Positions 30,215 to 43,000 of a stretch of DNA of 64,000 bases are shown piece by piece. This DNA comes from the human T2T-CHM13v2.0 reference genome, Homo sapiens. The stretch's first letter is position 1. Each line of letters starts with the position of its first letter. Where the stretch lies: assembly GCF_009914755.1 (NCBI RefSeq), contig NC_060925.1; one strand, given 5' to 3'. The notes under the pieces were generated by a model. That model saw only the letters and a program-made list of their open reading frames with translations. It was not told the DNA's origin and searched no databases. Made by a program: the position numbers and the translations under genes.

Positions 30215-30355
30215 CTTATTTTTCGTTAAAGTTTGACTGAAACACGCTTCTACCAAATACAGTATAAATAATTAGGTAGTCTTAATGCCTTTCCTATTTT
30301 TTTTTCCTTTTCACACAAAATGTACACAAAGATCGCGTAAGGAGTATGTATTTTT

Positions 30356-30361
30356 AATAAA
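30356..30361 (+). terminator. candidate proximal polyadenylation signal
   Basis: AATAAA ~140 nt after the stop, preceded by two TGTA motifs (30321, 30347) and followed by U-rich tracts. Confidence 0.45.
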
Positions 30362-31225
30362 AATTTAATTGTATTTTTTCAATATTAATATTTTGAAGTT
30401 TTATTTGTCTTGAAACACAATGTATCTATTATCTACTGACAGAAAGAGATAGTTCCATTTGGTTTTTTGTTTTTGTTTTTTAGTTCATTCTTGTGGAAAG
30501 GAGGGAATTATAAGTTGCATGCTTTTTGGCATTTTTTAAATAGAGGAAGATATTTTGCCAAGGCCATTTTTAACTTGTTTACACCTGTACAGGGTTCTTA
30601 TTTTTGTTTTCATTGTGTGTGTATCAAGGAATCTGTGCTAGTTATTTTAATACCAGCTGTCTTCTCCATTGGCCAAGACCTTCATTCAGTGGAACTTCAC
30701 ATAAGTGCATTGTCATAGAGTATTTTAAATGTTCCCCTGCCTCCAACAAAACCCTAAACTGTGTTATTTCATATACCTGACAGTTATTGTTATCCTTAGG
30801 CAAGGTTTTTGTGAGTGAAGAAAATAATCTTTAGTGGCTGGTATGTTTGAATTAGGCCTTTATCATTTAACTTATTTGCATTTTACCAACATTTTAAAAA
30901 TATTTAAAACCTAAATACAGAGGCTCCTCCCACCTTAATCTCAATACTGCTATGTAGTACTGGTGAACAACTTTGGAGAACCTAGATTTATTTTAATATT
31001 CTAATAGATAATTAAATTTTAAAATGATAGAAGCCTGGTTTTTGAGTAATTTAATCATCTTTCATATCTTGATATGCAGCTGCATCAGATGGAAAAAAAT
31101 TTACTAAAGCACCCTGTTAAAGAGCTGGTGTGCTCCAGTGAGGCCCTCTCCTTTTCTCAGCACAGTGTGGCAGTGGTAATCTATTCAAATTTTGCCTGTT
31201 ACACAAAATAATCCACTTATATATA

Positions 31226-31560
31226 CAGTCAGCCTTCCGTACTTGTGGGTTCTGCATCTGTGGATTCCACCAACTGTAGATGGAAAATACTCAAAAAGAA
31301 AGTTGTGTCTGTACTGAATATGTACAGACTTTTTCCTTGTCATTATTCCCTAAACAATACAGCGTAACAACTATTTAAATAGGATTTACATTGTTTTAGG
31401 TATTATAAATTACCTAGAGATGATTTAAAGTATATGGGAGGATGTGCATAGGTTATATGCAATTTCTGCACCATTTTATGTCAAGGATTTTGAACATCCT
31501 CAGATTTTGGTGTTCGAGGGCATCCTGGAATCAATTCCCCATGATACCGAGGGATGACTG
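31226..31560 (-). mobile_element. MER2 (TcMar-Tigger MITE) within the 3'UTR
   Basis: TIRs cagtcagccttccgtac ... gataccgagggatgactg; internal ccctaaacaatacag and ggaggatgtgcataggttatatgcaa. Confidence 0.85.
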
Positions 31561-34500
31561 GATATTAATCGATTTCCCTCAAGCCTGCCCTTGCTGTGAA
31601 CTAGTGCTACAAGCACGGGAAATCCATCTGCTCTCTGGCTTAAAATATGTATCTCATCTAAAATTGTTCGTTAAAGTGTGAATAAATTGCTAAGTGGTTG
31701 TTGCTTAGCAATAATTTTTGCCTGACCATCAGCAGAGCTTTTATTTACCTTTGTAATTAAAATCCAACATAGCATGGGCTCTTGGGCAAAATATTTCACT
31801 GACTATTAAGCATGTAGAACAGGAAAATGAAATACACTATTTGTGCCCTTGACCTAGAACCAGAACCACTAATTATGAGAACTTTGTTTTATGTACCAAA
31901 TTCACATTGACCATTTTCTGAGCTCTAGACTGATCGTAGTAAGTTTTGTGACTTAACAATGAAAGAAAGTAGAAAGATGCTTTGGGTTTTCAAAATGTTG
32001 TTTTTTAAAATTGTTCTTTGGGTGAATTTACTCAGTGCTGCTTTGAGTTGTATACAGAAACAAATGTTGGGAATTGCTCCTCAGAAATGTGTTCCTAAGT
32101 TGTGTTTTCAACTTTACATCATGAGGTGAAGCATTAGGGAAAGAGATTCTTTCGATTTGTTTAATAATCTAATTATACAGACCAAAGTGCTTTACGTTTC
32201 TGCTCTATGTTAATGTTTTAGAATGGTGATTTTGCTGATTAATTTAGACCTGGAATTGAAATAATGTGCTCAGAATAATAACATGGTTATAGTTCTTGTA
32301 TGATAAAGTATTCAATTTCAGAATAGTGTTGGAATCCTGAGTTTGAATAATGTGTTGTATTTAGAAACATAGCCCTATCTGTTTTAAACAAATAATTTGT
32401 TGGCCGATTGTCCATGGTTGAGCATGACAAAAATACCTCGTCGAAAGGCAAGCTTAGGTAACTGCTGGCAAAACACTGGGTGCACTATTTTTCTGGATAA
32501 AATTTATAGTTATTTTCTATATTACCCTTCAAAAGGGATCTCTTCAGGTTAAAAATCACGCTTATGCTGAAGTCTTTATCTGGTGTTAACTAAAAATCTC
32601 ATATGGGTTCATAACCGAGGTCACTAATAATTCATTTTTATCACTTGTAAAAATTTGCTCAAAATTCCAAAAAAATATTGATTTGTTTTTTAGTGATTTT
32701 GCAGGCTGACCCCCAACCTAAGTTTTGATAACATCTGGTAAGTCAGTATAGTTCTGTGACTTCATGTTTTAACTAAGAAGGAAAATTCATAGATATTCCT
32801 ATTAGATTTTATAAACCTTCAAAAGTCTGAAACTTAATTTTGAGTCTAAATTTTCTGACACTGGCCCCTTTTAATATTGTAAGTTTTTGTTCACTTTCTT
32901 AAGTAAAAAAAACATTTAATTACTAGTTAGCCCTTAACTGGGAAACTCAGGTAATGAACTGCTGACTTTTCTAAAGTTCTTTAACTGATCAATTCTGTAT
33001 AGAGGGATATTTATCTAACCACTTTCCGTATTTTACAAGTGCTCTTTCTAAAAAGGAATAACTATTATAGCTCTATTTCCCCAATCTCTATAGGACTCAT
33101 GAGAGATTGCTTGTGTAAATATAAAAGCACCATATGTGTTCTTAACTCCTATGGCTGCTTGAAGCTCATGATGAAAAAGTCTTTTTGTCAGTTTTAATTG
33201 TTAAGTACAGAACAAACAATTGTTTGGTGATGGCCTGGTTGAAAGAGAGCATATAAATATATCCCAGTGGAACTCACCAAAGAAGACCACACCTCAGAAA
33301 TTATTGCATTTTCTCATTATGTGTTGGGTTTGATTTGCTTTTGTTTTTAATGCAGCTCTTTTAATATAAAGATTCTTGATACAGTGAAATCTCTTATTTC
33401 AAGTGTAAGTTATTCTTCACCCACCCCTTCCCCTGCCATTGTATTTCCCATCTGTTTCAAGGAGTTTCAACAATTTACATTGCATCGTATGCAGTAGGTA
33501 CTGCTTTTTCAGAAAGACCTGGAAAACATACCTGCTATGAATATTTTGTTCAGATGTAGCCATTTACCTGGCTCTCAAGTTGTCTTTGTGGAGAGGGTCT
33601 TAGACAAAAATCTTCCTTGTATTTACTTGGGTTAAGTGAAGTCCAAATTCTTACAGTATGCTATTTCAGGATTTCTGATATTAAAAAAGAAAAAACAAAA
33701 TCTTTATATCTCTTATTAACACTTCCCCCAAGAAGGGTTGTGCTGTTATTTATTTTCTATTATAAGAAAAGTTCATTCTTTAAGTAGTTTCTTTTACCTC
33801 TAATCTAATTTCATACCAAATACCTGATCAATAGAAATGATATATTTAAGCAGCAAAGATTCCTAATCCATCATTATGAAAAGTGTCAGCATACTTAGTA
33901 GTGAACAGATAAAGTCAATTTGAATATAATTCCACTTTGTTTTTAGAGACTAAATTAAGATTCAATTAACATTATCCTATGAATTCTGAATGTGATAATG
34001 TGATTCAAACAGTCAAATTTTATTAAGCTCTTAGTAACTCAGGATAGCATTCCATACTAACCTCAAGTTAGCAAAACAAATTAGTTAAACAGCTTGGTTC
34101 TTAGCAGACTGCTTAAAAGATCAAGAAAATTTTCTCATCTTTTCTTTCTACTTAGAAACATTGCAAGAAACCTTGGACAGTCTTCACCAGACCTGCCATG
34201 ATTTTATAAGATTTAGGCCTCAGTGACATGCTCCTGAAAGTTTCCTGCCAGCCATCCAAACTAAGCATCCACTCATTCCATCTTCCCAAAGTCACTCACC
34301 GATAAAGGTAGCATCCTTAAGTTCATTTTTGAAAGGTGGAGGAGGATCTCCCCCTGCCCAAAGGAATTTTTTTATCAGAATACCTTGAAAGGGGGGTATA
34401 TAAATTTGGAAAACTTAATTTCTTGGCTGTGTTTGATAACAGTTCCTATGCATGGTTTTTAATGTGAGGTAAATTTGTTTCTTTCTTCAGAATACCTCTC

Positions 34501-34739
34501 TCCACCCCCCACCTTATTCTTCCTCTTTAATGAATATTTTTATTGGAGCTCAAACTCCATGACTTACGTGCTCACTAAGTTTTCTTTTTTCCCCTTGTTT
34601 ACTCTGTCTGTATGTATGTCAAAAGCTGGCAAAACCTCTAAAACTGTCAAGAAAATGCTTGAAAGTTGATTTGTCATAGTGCAAATTCATGATAAAATGT
34701 CTTAATGTTATTTGGATATGTAGTACATAGAAACAGAAA

Positions 34740-34745
34740 AATAAA
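34740..34745 (+). terminator. distal polyadenylation signal
   Basis: AATAAA with TGTA upstream (~34719) and U-rich sequence downstream of a likely cleavage site near 34760. Confidence 0.7.
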
Positions 34746-37195
34746 GTCATTTTTATAACTTAAAATAGATATTTGTCCCTCTCTTACTCATTTTTAGAAA
34801 TCATGTTTATCGTTTGCATTTCTTAAACTATTACTAAAGCTCCCTTTTCTCTGCAGGAAATAAGCTGCATGCATTCTTTCACTTTGTGTTGAGCTAGTTT
34901 CTGTAATTGTGACTAATTATTTCCTTCCTTAATTCACTCTACTGTATCTACCTAAGGTGCCCCTGGAGTTTCATTTGGGTAATTAGTGCCTTCATATGTA
35001 ATCTGGAGTGCAATTTCTGTACGTTTGCCAGATGAGATTGTACAATGGCTGTCCAGCTCAGCTTTCAGTAAATAGTCTTATAGTAATGACTGTGGTTACT
35101 TAAAGGAATCAGCATGATCCTGCACAGCTAGGAGGCCTCCTCTAATTAACCACATTCACTCCAGGCTTAGGGAAGCCCTCTACAAGGAAACTTTATGACC
35201 ACTTACGCATAAGAAATGATGGGTAATTTTCAAAGTTAAATAGTCCCTTTACACATTTTTATTAATAATAGTGTTTATTTTACTGATCATCAGCCCTCTG
35301 GAGAAGGATTGTTGAGATAAGGAAGGGTGGTGAGTGTGATGGGAGAGGCTGTGTAAGTGTGAGTAGCACAAATTAGAAGAGATCATGTGAGAGCTCTGGA
35401 GAAATTCTGGAAAGGAGCTAGGGAATGCAATAGATTAGAGACATCTGGCGATTTCAGTGCAATCTGCACGTACAGAAAAAACTGCCCACTGCCATTCTCC
35501 ACTGTCCCATCTTCTAGTCCTTTCACTTACACAGAGTATTGAGATAAACTCTGAAAAATTTTAAATTGGTTATTATTGGCTAGCAACATAAGCTTTTCGT
35601 TTGGGTGAAGAAGTAAATGCATAAAAAGGAAGTTATTAAAGTTCATTTGAGACTCAGTGGAGTATTTACACGGTCAGAGCACAAGGCCCACATATTTCTG
35701 AATGTAAGTTTGAATGTCATCCTAAATTTGCAAGTAGGAAAAAAGTGAAAGCTGTTCATTAGCTACATAATTTTGTGTGAGCATAGATGTTTGAATGCAG
35801 ACTATACTGTAGGTTTCACATTTAAACATATTTGAACATATTTAGGGACAAATTATTAAAATAGTTATATGATCAGGCATATCATAAGTGATAGAATATT
35901 CCCAGAGTTTGAATATTTTGCATAAAAGATACAGGGTAGGCAATGATATCAAACATCTAAACCAAATTGGCCATTCCAATTATTTTAATCCAGGGATTTT
36001 TCTGTTATAAAGTTTGAGAAGTAGAAAATGGGCTTTCTCCTTATTTTTTAATCCTTTACAGAATTAATTTTATTTCAACTCGAGTTACATCTGGACTTTT
36101 GCCATTAAAAAAATACTGCTTGGTTCAATCCTTATTAGCCTCAGGTAAAAGACATCTCAGGAAAAGTGACACAAAAGAGGCAACCTCTAAGTTTTACATT
36201 TTTTATCTCCTCCACAGTTCTTCTAATTAAAAAAAAAAAAATCAACTCCCCAGAAGTGATGCTGATATGGCAAAAAAAATATATAGCATTTCTTCACTTT
36301 GAATTGGGAAGGTTCTTGGGATTTCATTGTAATTTAACATAGACTATGTGTGACAGTTTTGTTAAAATCATACTCTAATATTCAGACAGCTTAAAAATCT
36401 TTCTTAGGATGATTTAGTCCAAGAATAATGAAAACCAATGCAAAAATGTAAAGATGTACTCCCTATGCATTTGAGCAATAAATGTCCACAAGCTTATGAA
36501 ATGAGTTCTATTCATGTCTATTGAGCTGTATGGATAAATTATATCTTAGTAATTTAAATTTCTTTGTGAAAACTAGGTTGTCAAAGTTGCCACTCTTAAC
36601 AAAATTCTAAAAGGCCATGTACAACAATGATATCAAAATGAAAACCAAGTTTTATTCAATGGGTGCAGGGCGTTTCTGTGAGCCTTACCAACAGGAAGTC
36701 AATTTGTTCAAAATTAGAAGACTATTTTTTCTGAACTCTCCCCCAGGTTCTAGCCTCTGGTGGTGTGACTCATAGACTTCCCTGGTAATCACACTTTGAG
36801 CCTTAACAATATCAGCATGCTAACAGATTTAGTAGTTTTATGCATTTAGAAACAAAGACAGGATGTTGACAGCCTTAAGTGATGAAGTATTTAAAATAAA
36901 TTCATACTTGTAAAACTAAAAACTAGAGATTCCAATCTAAACATTTAGCTACGTAAATATTTTCTTAAGTCCACGTAACCTCTCAAAGAAACTGATTTCA
37001 TGTCAAATGGGAAATACAAAGAATGTCAGATTAAACACCTGGTTTATATTAAATAAGGCTGTCATTTGTTGGGGGGCAAGGGGAGAATGGAGCTTAGAAA
37101 GCAGACTCCTGATAAGGGGTGCTTAACACACTTTCTAAAATTCAGAATGATTTGTTGCCCTTCAAATTCTACCAGCTTTAAAATAATCAAATCTG

Positions 37196-37514
37196 GGCCG
37201 GGCGCGGTGGCTCACGCCTGTAATCCCAGCACTTTGGGAGGCCGAGGCGGGCGGATCACGAGGTCAGGAGATCGAGACCATCCCGGCTAAAATGGTGAAA
37301 CCCCGTCTCTACTAAAAAACACAAAAAATTAGCCAGGCGTAGTGGCGGGCGCCTGTAGTCCCAGCTACTTGGGAGGCTGAGGCGGAGAATGGGGTGAACC
37401 CGGGAGGCGGAGCTTGCAGTGAGCCGAGATCCCGCCACTGCACTCCAGCCTGGGCGACAGAGCGAGACTCCGTCTCAAAAAAAAAAAAAAAAAAAAAATA
37501 ATAATAATAATAAT
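37196..37514 (+). mobile_element. AluYa5 with A-tail and (AAT)n
   Basis: Ya5 diagnostics atcccggctaaaa, gcgtagtgg, ctacttggg, gatcccgcc; TSD aataatcaaatctg (37182-37195, 37515-37528). Confidence 0.9.
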
Positions 37515-38370
37515 AATAATCAAATCTGAAGTACTGCAAACCAGCTAGGTAATTATTTTCAGGTAACGTTCCCTAACTCAGAAACTGCTAGTGACTATTA
37601 AGTGCTTCAGTTATAAATCTGATCAAGAACTTGCATCAAAAATGCCAGGAAGTTAACTTCAAAATCTTATGGGAAAAACTGATAATGACATTCTCCATCC
37701 CCCTCCCCATCTCCCCACCTGCCAAACTATATCCTGCGTGGATATTCTTAATAGCACAGCACTACACTATGGTAAACAACTGTAAGACAAAAGTTGCATT
37801 CTGGGTTGTTTTCAAATGTTTAGAATCATTTTTTTTCTTATATATACAGGGAGGAAAAAAATTATACAAAAATTTATCCAGGATTCTACAAATGCTTTAA
37901 GTAGGCTCAATAATAAAGGAGTTATACTTACTCTATTTATGTACTTTGATCAGACGGGGCACACAGAGTATTGGGATATTCATAGAAATGCCCTTTCTGT
38001 TGTCAGTCCGTCCATCCAAATCCAATCTAGGGCCCTGCATGTATTAAAATCCATGAGACTTTTTAAAGAGTTTTCAAGACTTATTTAGACTTTCTCTTAA
38101 CACTTTCTACCTGCCTCATTATTTAGGACACTTACCACTTGGATTATGGTTGTTTTAGGACTTATCATATCTTTCTTTCCAAAGTTGGAGGCCCAGTGAG
38201 TGCAGAAACCAAGACTTGTTTATCTCTGTATTTCTCTGTGGTGCTTACCCTTGTGACTTGTACCCAGTTGGCTCTAAAAAAAACACTGAATCAATCAAAA
38301 GGCCTAACTCCATTAACTGAGGGACTTAGAACATGAGGGACCATCATCTCTGTTCAAATTCACTCCTAGG

Positions 38371-38794
38371 TGCAAGAGTTTCTTAGGGCTACCATGACAA
38401 AGTACCACAAACTGGGTGGCTTAAACAGATTTATTGTCTCAGTTCTAAAGCACGATGTTTGCAGCAGGGTTGGTTCCTTCCAAGGACTGTAAGGGAGAGT
38501 TTGTTCCGTCCCTCTCTCCTCATTTTTGGTAGTTTGCTGGCAATCATTGATGATCCTTGACTTGTAGATGCATTACCTCCATCTCTGCCTTTATCTTCAT
38601 GTGGCATTCTCCCCATGTGTATCTATCTCTGTGTCAAAATGTCCCCTTTTTATAAGAACATAGTCATACACCCTAATGACTTCATCTTAACTTGATAATC
38701 TGCAAAGACCATGTTTCCAAATAAGGTCATATTCACAGGTCCTGAGAAGTAGGGCTTCAACATCTTTTAGGGGGACAGAATTCAATCCATAACA
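38371..38794 (-). mobile_element. MLT1C-like MaLR solo LTR
   Basis: aagtaccacaaactgggtggcttaaac...tttccaaataaggtcatattcacagg...aattcaatccataaca. Confidence 0.78.
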
Positions 38795-38984
38795 CTACGC
38801 GAGATTCTTCTCTTTCCTGATGAAGCTCTTAAATTCTAGTTTTATTACAAGCAGAGATTTTGGAGCCATTGAAGAGTAGTTAGTCCAGAGGTTTTCAAAT
38901 AGTGTTCCAAGAATCTATAACTCTCCAACAAAGTATCTTAGAAGAACTCAGGGAGTGAACAGGGCTCCTGGTTTTATATCTGTT

Positions 38985-39571
38985 GCAATTAATATTTCCA
39001 TGTAACAAACCAGCCCAAAACTTAGCGGTGTAAAGCAACTACATTATAACACTCAGATTCTGTAGGTAAGGAATCTGGCACAGCAAAGACCTCTTACTTA
39101 TGCTCCATGATGTGTGGGACCTCAGTTGGCAAGACTTAATGGCTAGGAGCTACAATCATCTGGAGGCGTCTTCACTCCCATGTCTGGTGTTTGATTCTAG
39201 CTGTTGGCAGGAACCTCAGCTGGGGCTATCAGCCATAGCAAACCTTTCCATGCAGCCTGGGCTTCCTCCCAGCATGACAGCTGCAGGGTAGTCAGGCATC
39301 TTACACAATAGCTTAGGGTCCAAAACAAGTATTCCAAAAGACAAAAAGGATGCTGCATCATCTTTCATGGCCTGTCCTCGAAAGTCACATTCCTCACTTC
39401 TGCCATGCTCTTATTAGTTAAAACAGTCATAAATCTTGCCCCGTTTCGGAGCAGCGGCAGAGAAGACACAGAACCCACGTTTCAGTGGGAGAAGTGCCAG
39501 TGTCACATCTTAAGAATATGTGGAACAGGAGTTATTGTTGTAGCCATCTATGAAAAATACAATCTGTCACA
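38985..39571 (-). mobile_element. MLT1E/F-like MaLR LTR
   Basis: gtaacaaaccagcccaaaacttag...aatcatctggagg...aaaatacaatctgtcaca. Confidence 0.7.
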
Positions 39572-41379
39572 CAATCTCACACCAAATTCTTCAACCATGG
39601 AGCAGCACTTCTAAATGTTTTACATGTAAGGACCTCTAACTCTTTAATGTTTGCTAACATTTATAGATAGGAAATATAGGATGCATAGAGGCCAAGAAAC
39701 ACTCATGAATTTCATACAATCTTTCAGCATATCCAGTAATTATTGTAGAAAAGCAGAAAATTTACAAACCTAGTGTTTTCATTTCTCCTTTTCTTTGGGC
39801 AAGCAGGGGGAACCTGGCAGAATGCGTATTATGAATAGCTGCAAGAAAGCCATCATTTCATTTTATTCCCTCTTTAAAATCATTATCTTTTTGACAGGAT
39901 TTCAATGAGGCACTTTTACAAATTTTGGTTAACGCTCTTACTTCTCCTAGTGTAAGCCAAAATTTCCTAAATGCTCAGAGACGGGTGTGTACACACACCT
40001 CTTGTCTATGACTTACACAAATGAATAAGAGGAAATGTCTCATCAGTCTCTGTGGTGAAAATGTGGAGAGACCAGGGGTGGGGCCTTAGCCAAGCCCCTG
40101 AGCTTCCATTTTTATCCCAGCACAGAAGTGTGCTCAGGGCTCTAGCTTCCTGCCCTCCCCAGCCTGACCCTAGTGAAGGTTACAAACCCTCCCAGTGACT
40201 GCAGGACAGGCAGTGAGGGCAGGTCTCTTGCCTCCTTGCTTTGTGGCAGCCTTCTCAGTTGGGTCACATCATTCTTCTAGATCAGGAGGAACATTTAGGG
40301 GTTGGAAAAAGTTTTCTAGGAAAGAATTACTCATGAGCAAAGGGACCAGAAAAGTCCCAGAGATGTTCTTCAGCAGACAATTTAAACTAATGACTCGCTG
40401 CTGGGCAGCCTGCCCTATAATGGCTGATGTAAACTGTGTCTATGTAATGCTGTATTAAGATCTGCGTTCTCCCTCCAGCCTACTAAATCTCCAAACCAAA
40501 TCATTGAGGGCTTGCGTCACTCATGTTTAATCTTGTAAAATCCACCAACACATTTTGCTTGTTCAGAAAGAATATTCAATAGTTATGATCGTCCATGATA
40601 AGGTTGCAGTGCAGATGTCGAACTGGAGTCTGTATGTCCCCTAAGATTTAGATGAAATTGGCTATACCCCCAAGTCCACTGCCCTCCCTAAGGTTTCATA
40701 AGTTTCCAATGTGTTTACATTTTCAGGCCACTGACTCTGAGCCTCAGTCTCTATGGAACATCTTCCATTCATCAGCTCACCATTGCTTAGGTTAGATCTC
40801 CATTCTAGAGTTTGATCCCTGTTCTTCAGTAAACCACTGCCCTCTTCCTGGATCTCCCCCAGCACTCACACTAGGTTTTTGTGCATTTTAGAAACTTTAT
40901 TGAAGGTTTGGAGAGACAGCAGAGCATTCATGAGAGCAGTGCAAGCTACTCTAAAACCCCATGTTTGTGAAAGCCATCCCCATCTTCCCCCTCCCAGCCC
41001 TTCCGTCTTTTTCTCTGCTTCACAACACCCGTCTCAGGTTCCTCACTTCTGGCAGAGGGCCCTCTCACTTTCTCTCTTGTTTCCTGGTCTCCCACTCTCC
41101 ACCTCCTCACTCCCACCCTTGGCCCTCCTAGCGGCTTACCCATGTATTTCTCTACACACTTCCATCATGTAGGAGGGATTCTGGTGTCTGCTGTCCAGTT
41201 GTTTGATCAGCCTGATACAAGTCGTTGCTTGACCTCTGCCTCTTTCCTGTCTTTCACAGCCCTCCTCTTCTGCCCTCTGCATAAGCCAAATCTTCAAGCT
41301 TACTCCTCAGCCTTTTGTACCCCTTTGTCCTTACCCCAGCACTTGGTGGCCTCATTTACCTTCAGGGCTATGTCAGCAG

Positions 41380-43000
41380 CCTTTTTTGGCAACTCCCAGA
41401 TTTCTAGTTCTGGTTAGCATCTCTTTTCCACCTCCCACCTCCAACTGCCTTATGGACATTTCCTCCTGCCTGTCATCTCCAGCTTCATGTGTTTAGAAGT
41501 AAACCTGTTCTAGGCACAACTCTCGTATTTGCAACTGCCTCCTAAATAATCTCGTCATCAGCCACTCCCGCTTCCACACTAGACTCTCTCCTCTTCTCCA
41601 CCATTAGACTAGTGTTCCCAGCTGTAACTCTGACCTTATTGCTCCTCTGCTCAAAAACCTTCCCAGTGTCTTCTTGATATTGTCTGTGGGCCTTACCCTG
41701 ACTTTCGAGGTGGACCACAAGATAGGCTTGACCTGCATTTCCAGCACAAGTCCTGGAGTCCAAAAGGAGTTCCAATTCTTACTATCCATTTACCTGATGC
41801 ATGACTTTGAGCAAGTTTATTTAAACTCTCCAGCCTCTGTTTATATTGAAGATATCCAAGTATTGACCCTTCCCAGAAAGTAGTAAAATGTCTTGATGCT
41901 GGTCCCACCCTCAGCCAAGTGCCTAATTAGCTATATCATGGAGCAGTTAGGTGGGCTGGGAGAAGAACTGAGTGGAGTTGGGGAAGACGGTTTGTTCCCT
42001 TTTCTCTGAAGTTCAGATGTTGACAGGTAGCTGGCATTATAGGCACTAAGGGCTACAGCCAAAACTTTGGCTGCATCAGAGAATCTGAGCCTGGGAGGCC
42101 CTGATGTAATGCATGGCCATTACACATTTGGTCCAGAGTTTACATCCCATCTCTGCCGCTTTCTGCATGTGTGTTTTGGAGCAAATCAGTTAGCTCCTTG
42201 AGCTACATCCTCCTCATCTGTAAAATGGAAACCCACTTTAAAAGTTCCTGCGAGGATCAGTGGCCTGAGGTATGTGATGTGCCTAGCTCAATGCTTGTAC
42301 TCAGAAAACTTGCTAGTCTCATGATGACTATAGACTGAACTCTGGCTCTGGATAATATAAAAATTATCTACAATACTGCACATTTTCCTAAAGTCAACAT
42401 TTTTTAACACCCAGAATGTGCTAGACATTGTTGTAAGGGCAGCAAGTTTGTATCTTTGTCCTTAAGGAGCTAGAGCATCATGGAAGAGTCACAGCTAAAC
42501 AGCTACCACTGGGCAGCAGGATAAGTGATGCAGTGAGTGTGTAAGTGAAGTCCTCTGGCAACACAACTGCTTTTTCAACCAACCAGCATTTTCTGGGCAC
42601 CTTCCAGGTAGCACATACTGTTCTAGATACTTAAGGACCAAAAATCAATACTGTGATCCTTGTTCTCAAAAAGTCCATAATCTAATAGGAAAAGGCCTCC
42701 ATGCATTCAGATAGCTACAATGTGTTGTAAGAGCTAACCCAGAAGTCTGTTCACACTAGGAGCAGCGGGGAAAGTGGGCCAGAGTCACCTGGCCATGGGA
42801 AAGATTTCAGGAGATGAACCTGAACTGAGTCTTGATGCAGGTGATCCCCAGAAGAGAAATGAGAGGACGTCAGGGAAAGAGCTTTTAGGGTGGGGACAGA
42901 GGCCTGAGAGATCACGTGATGTCATTTGGAGGGCTTGGTGCCAGGGAAGGGTCACGGCCATTGGAATGGATGAGAGGTAAAGATGGAAAGATGTGAGGAT
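41380..43000. mobile_element. degenerate L2 and MIR fragments
   Basis: ctgctcaaaaaccttcccagtg (L2), cctcatctgtaaaatgg (MIR ~42210), L2 3'-end motifs ~42580-42900. Confidence 0.5.

Larger units (their letters stand above)
30215..34762 (+). other. LRRC8C: LRRC8C long AU-rich 3'UTR (end approximate)
   Basis: AT-rich, nearly repeat-free stretch after the TAA, ending at AATAAA 34740-34745; consistent with a ~7-kb mRNA. Confidence 0.75.

Noticed and set aside
36224-36241. ATTAAA plus A-run as a further poly(A) site or retrocopy tail
   Set aside because: A genomic A-run directly after the motif, with no TSD or upstream retrocopy; it would mainly cause internal priming.
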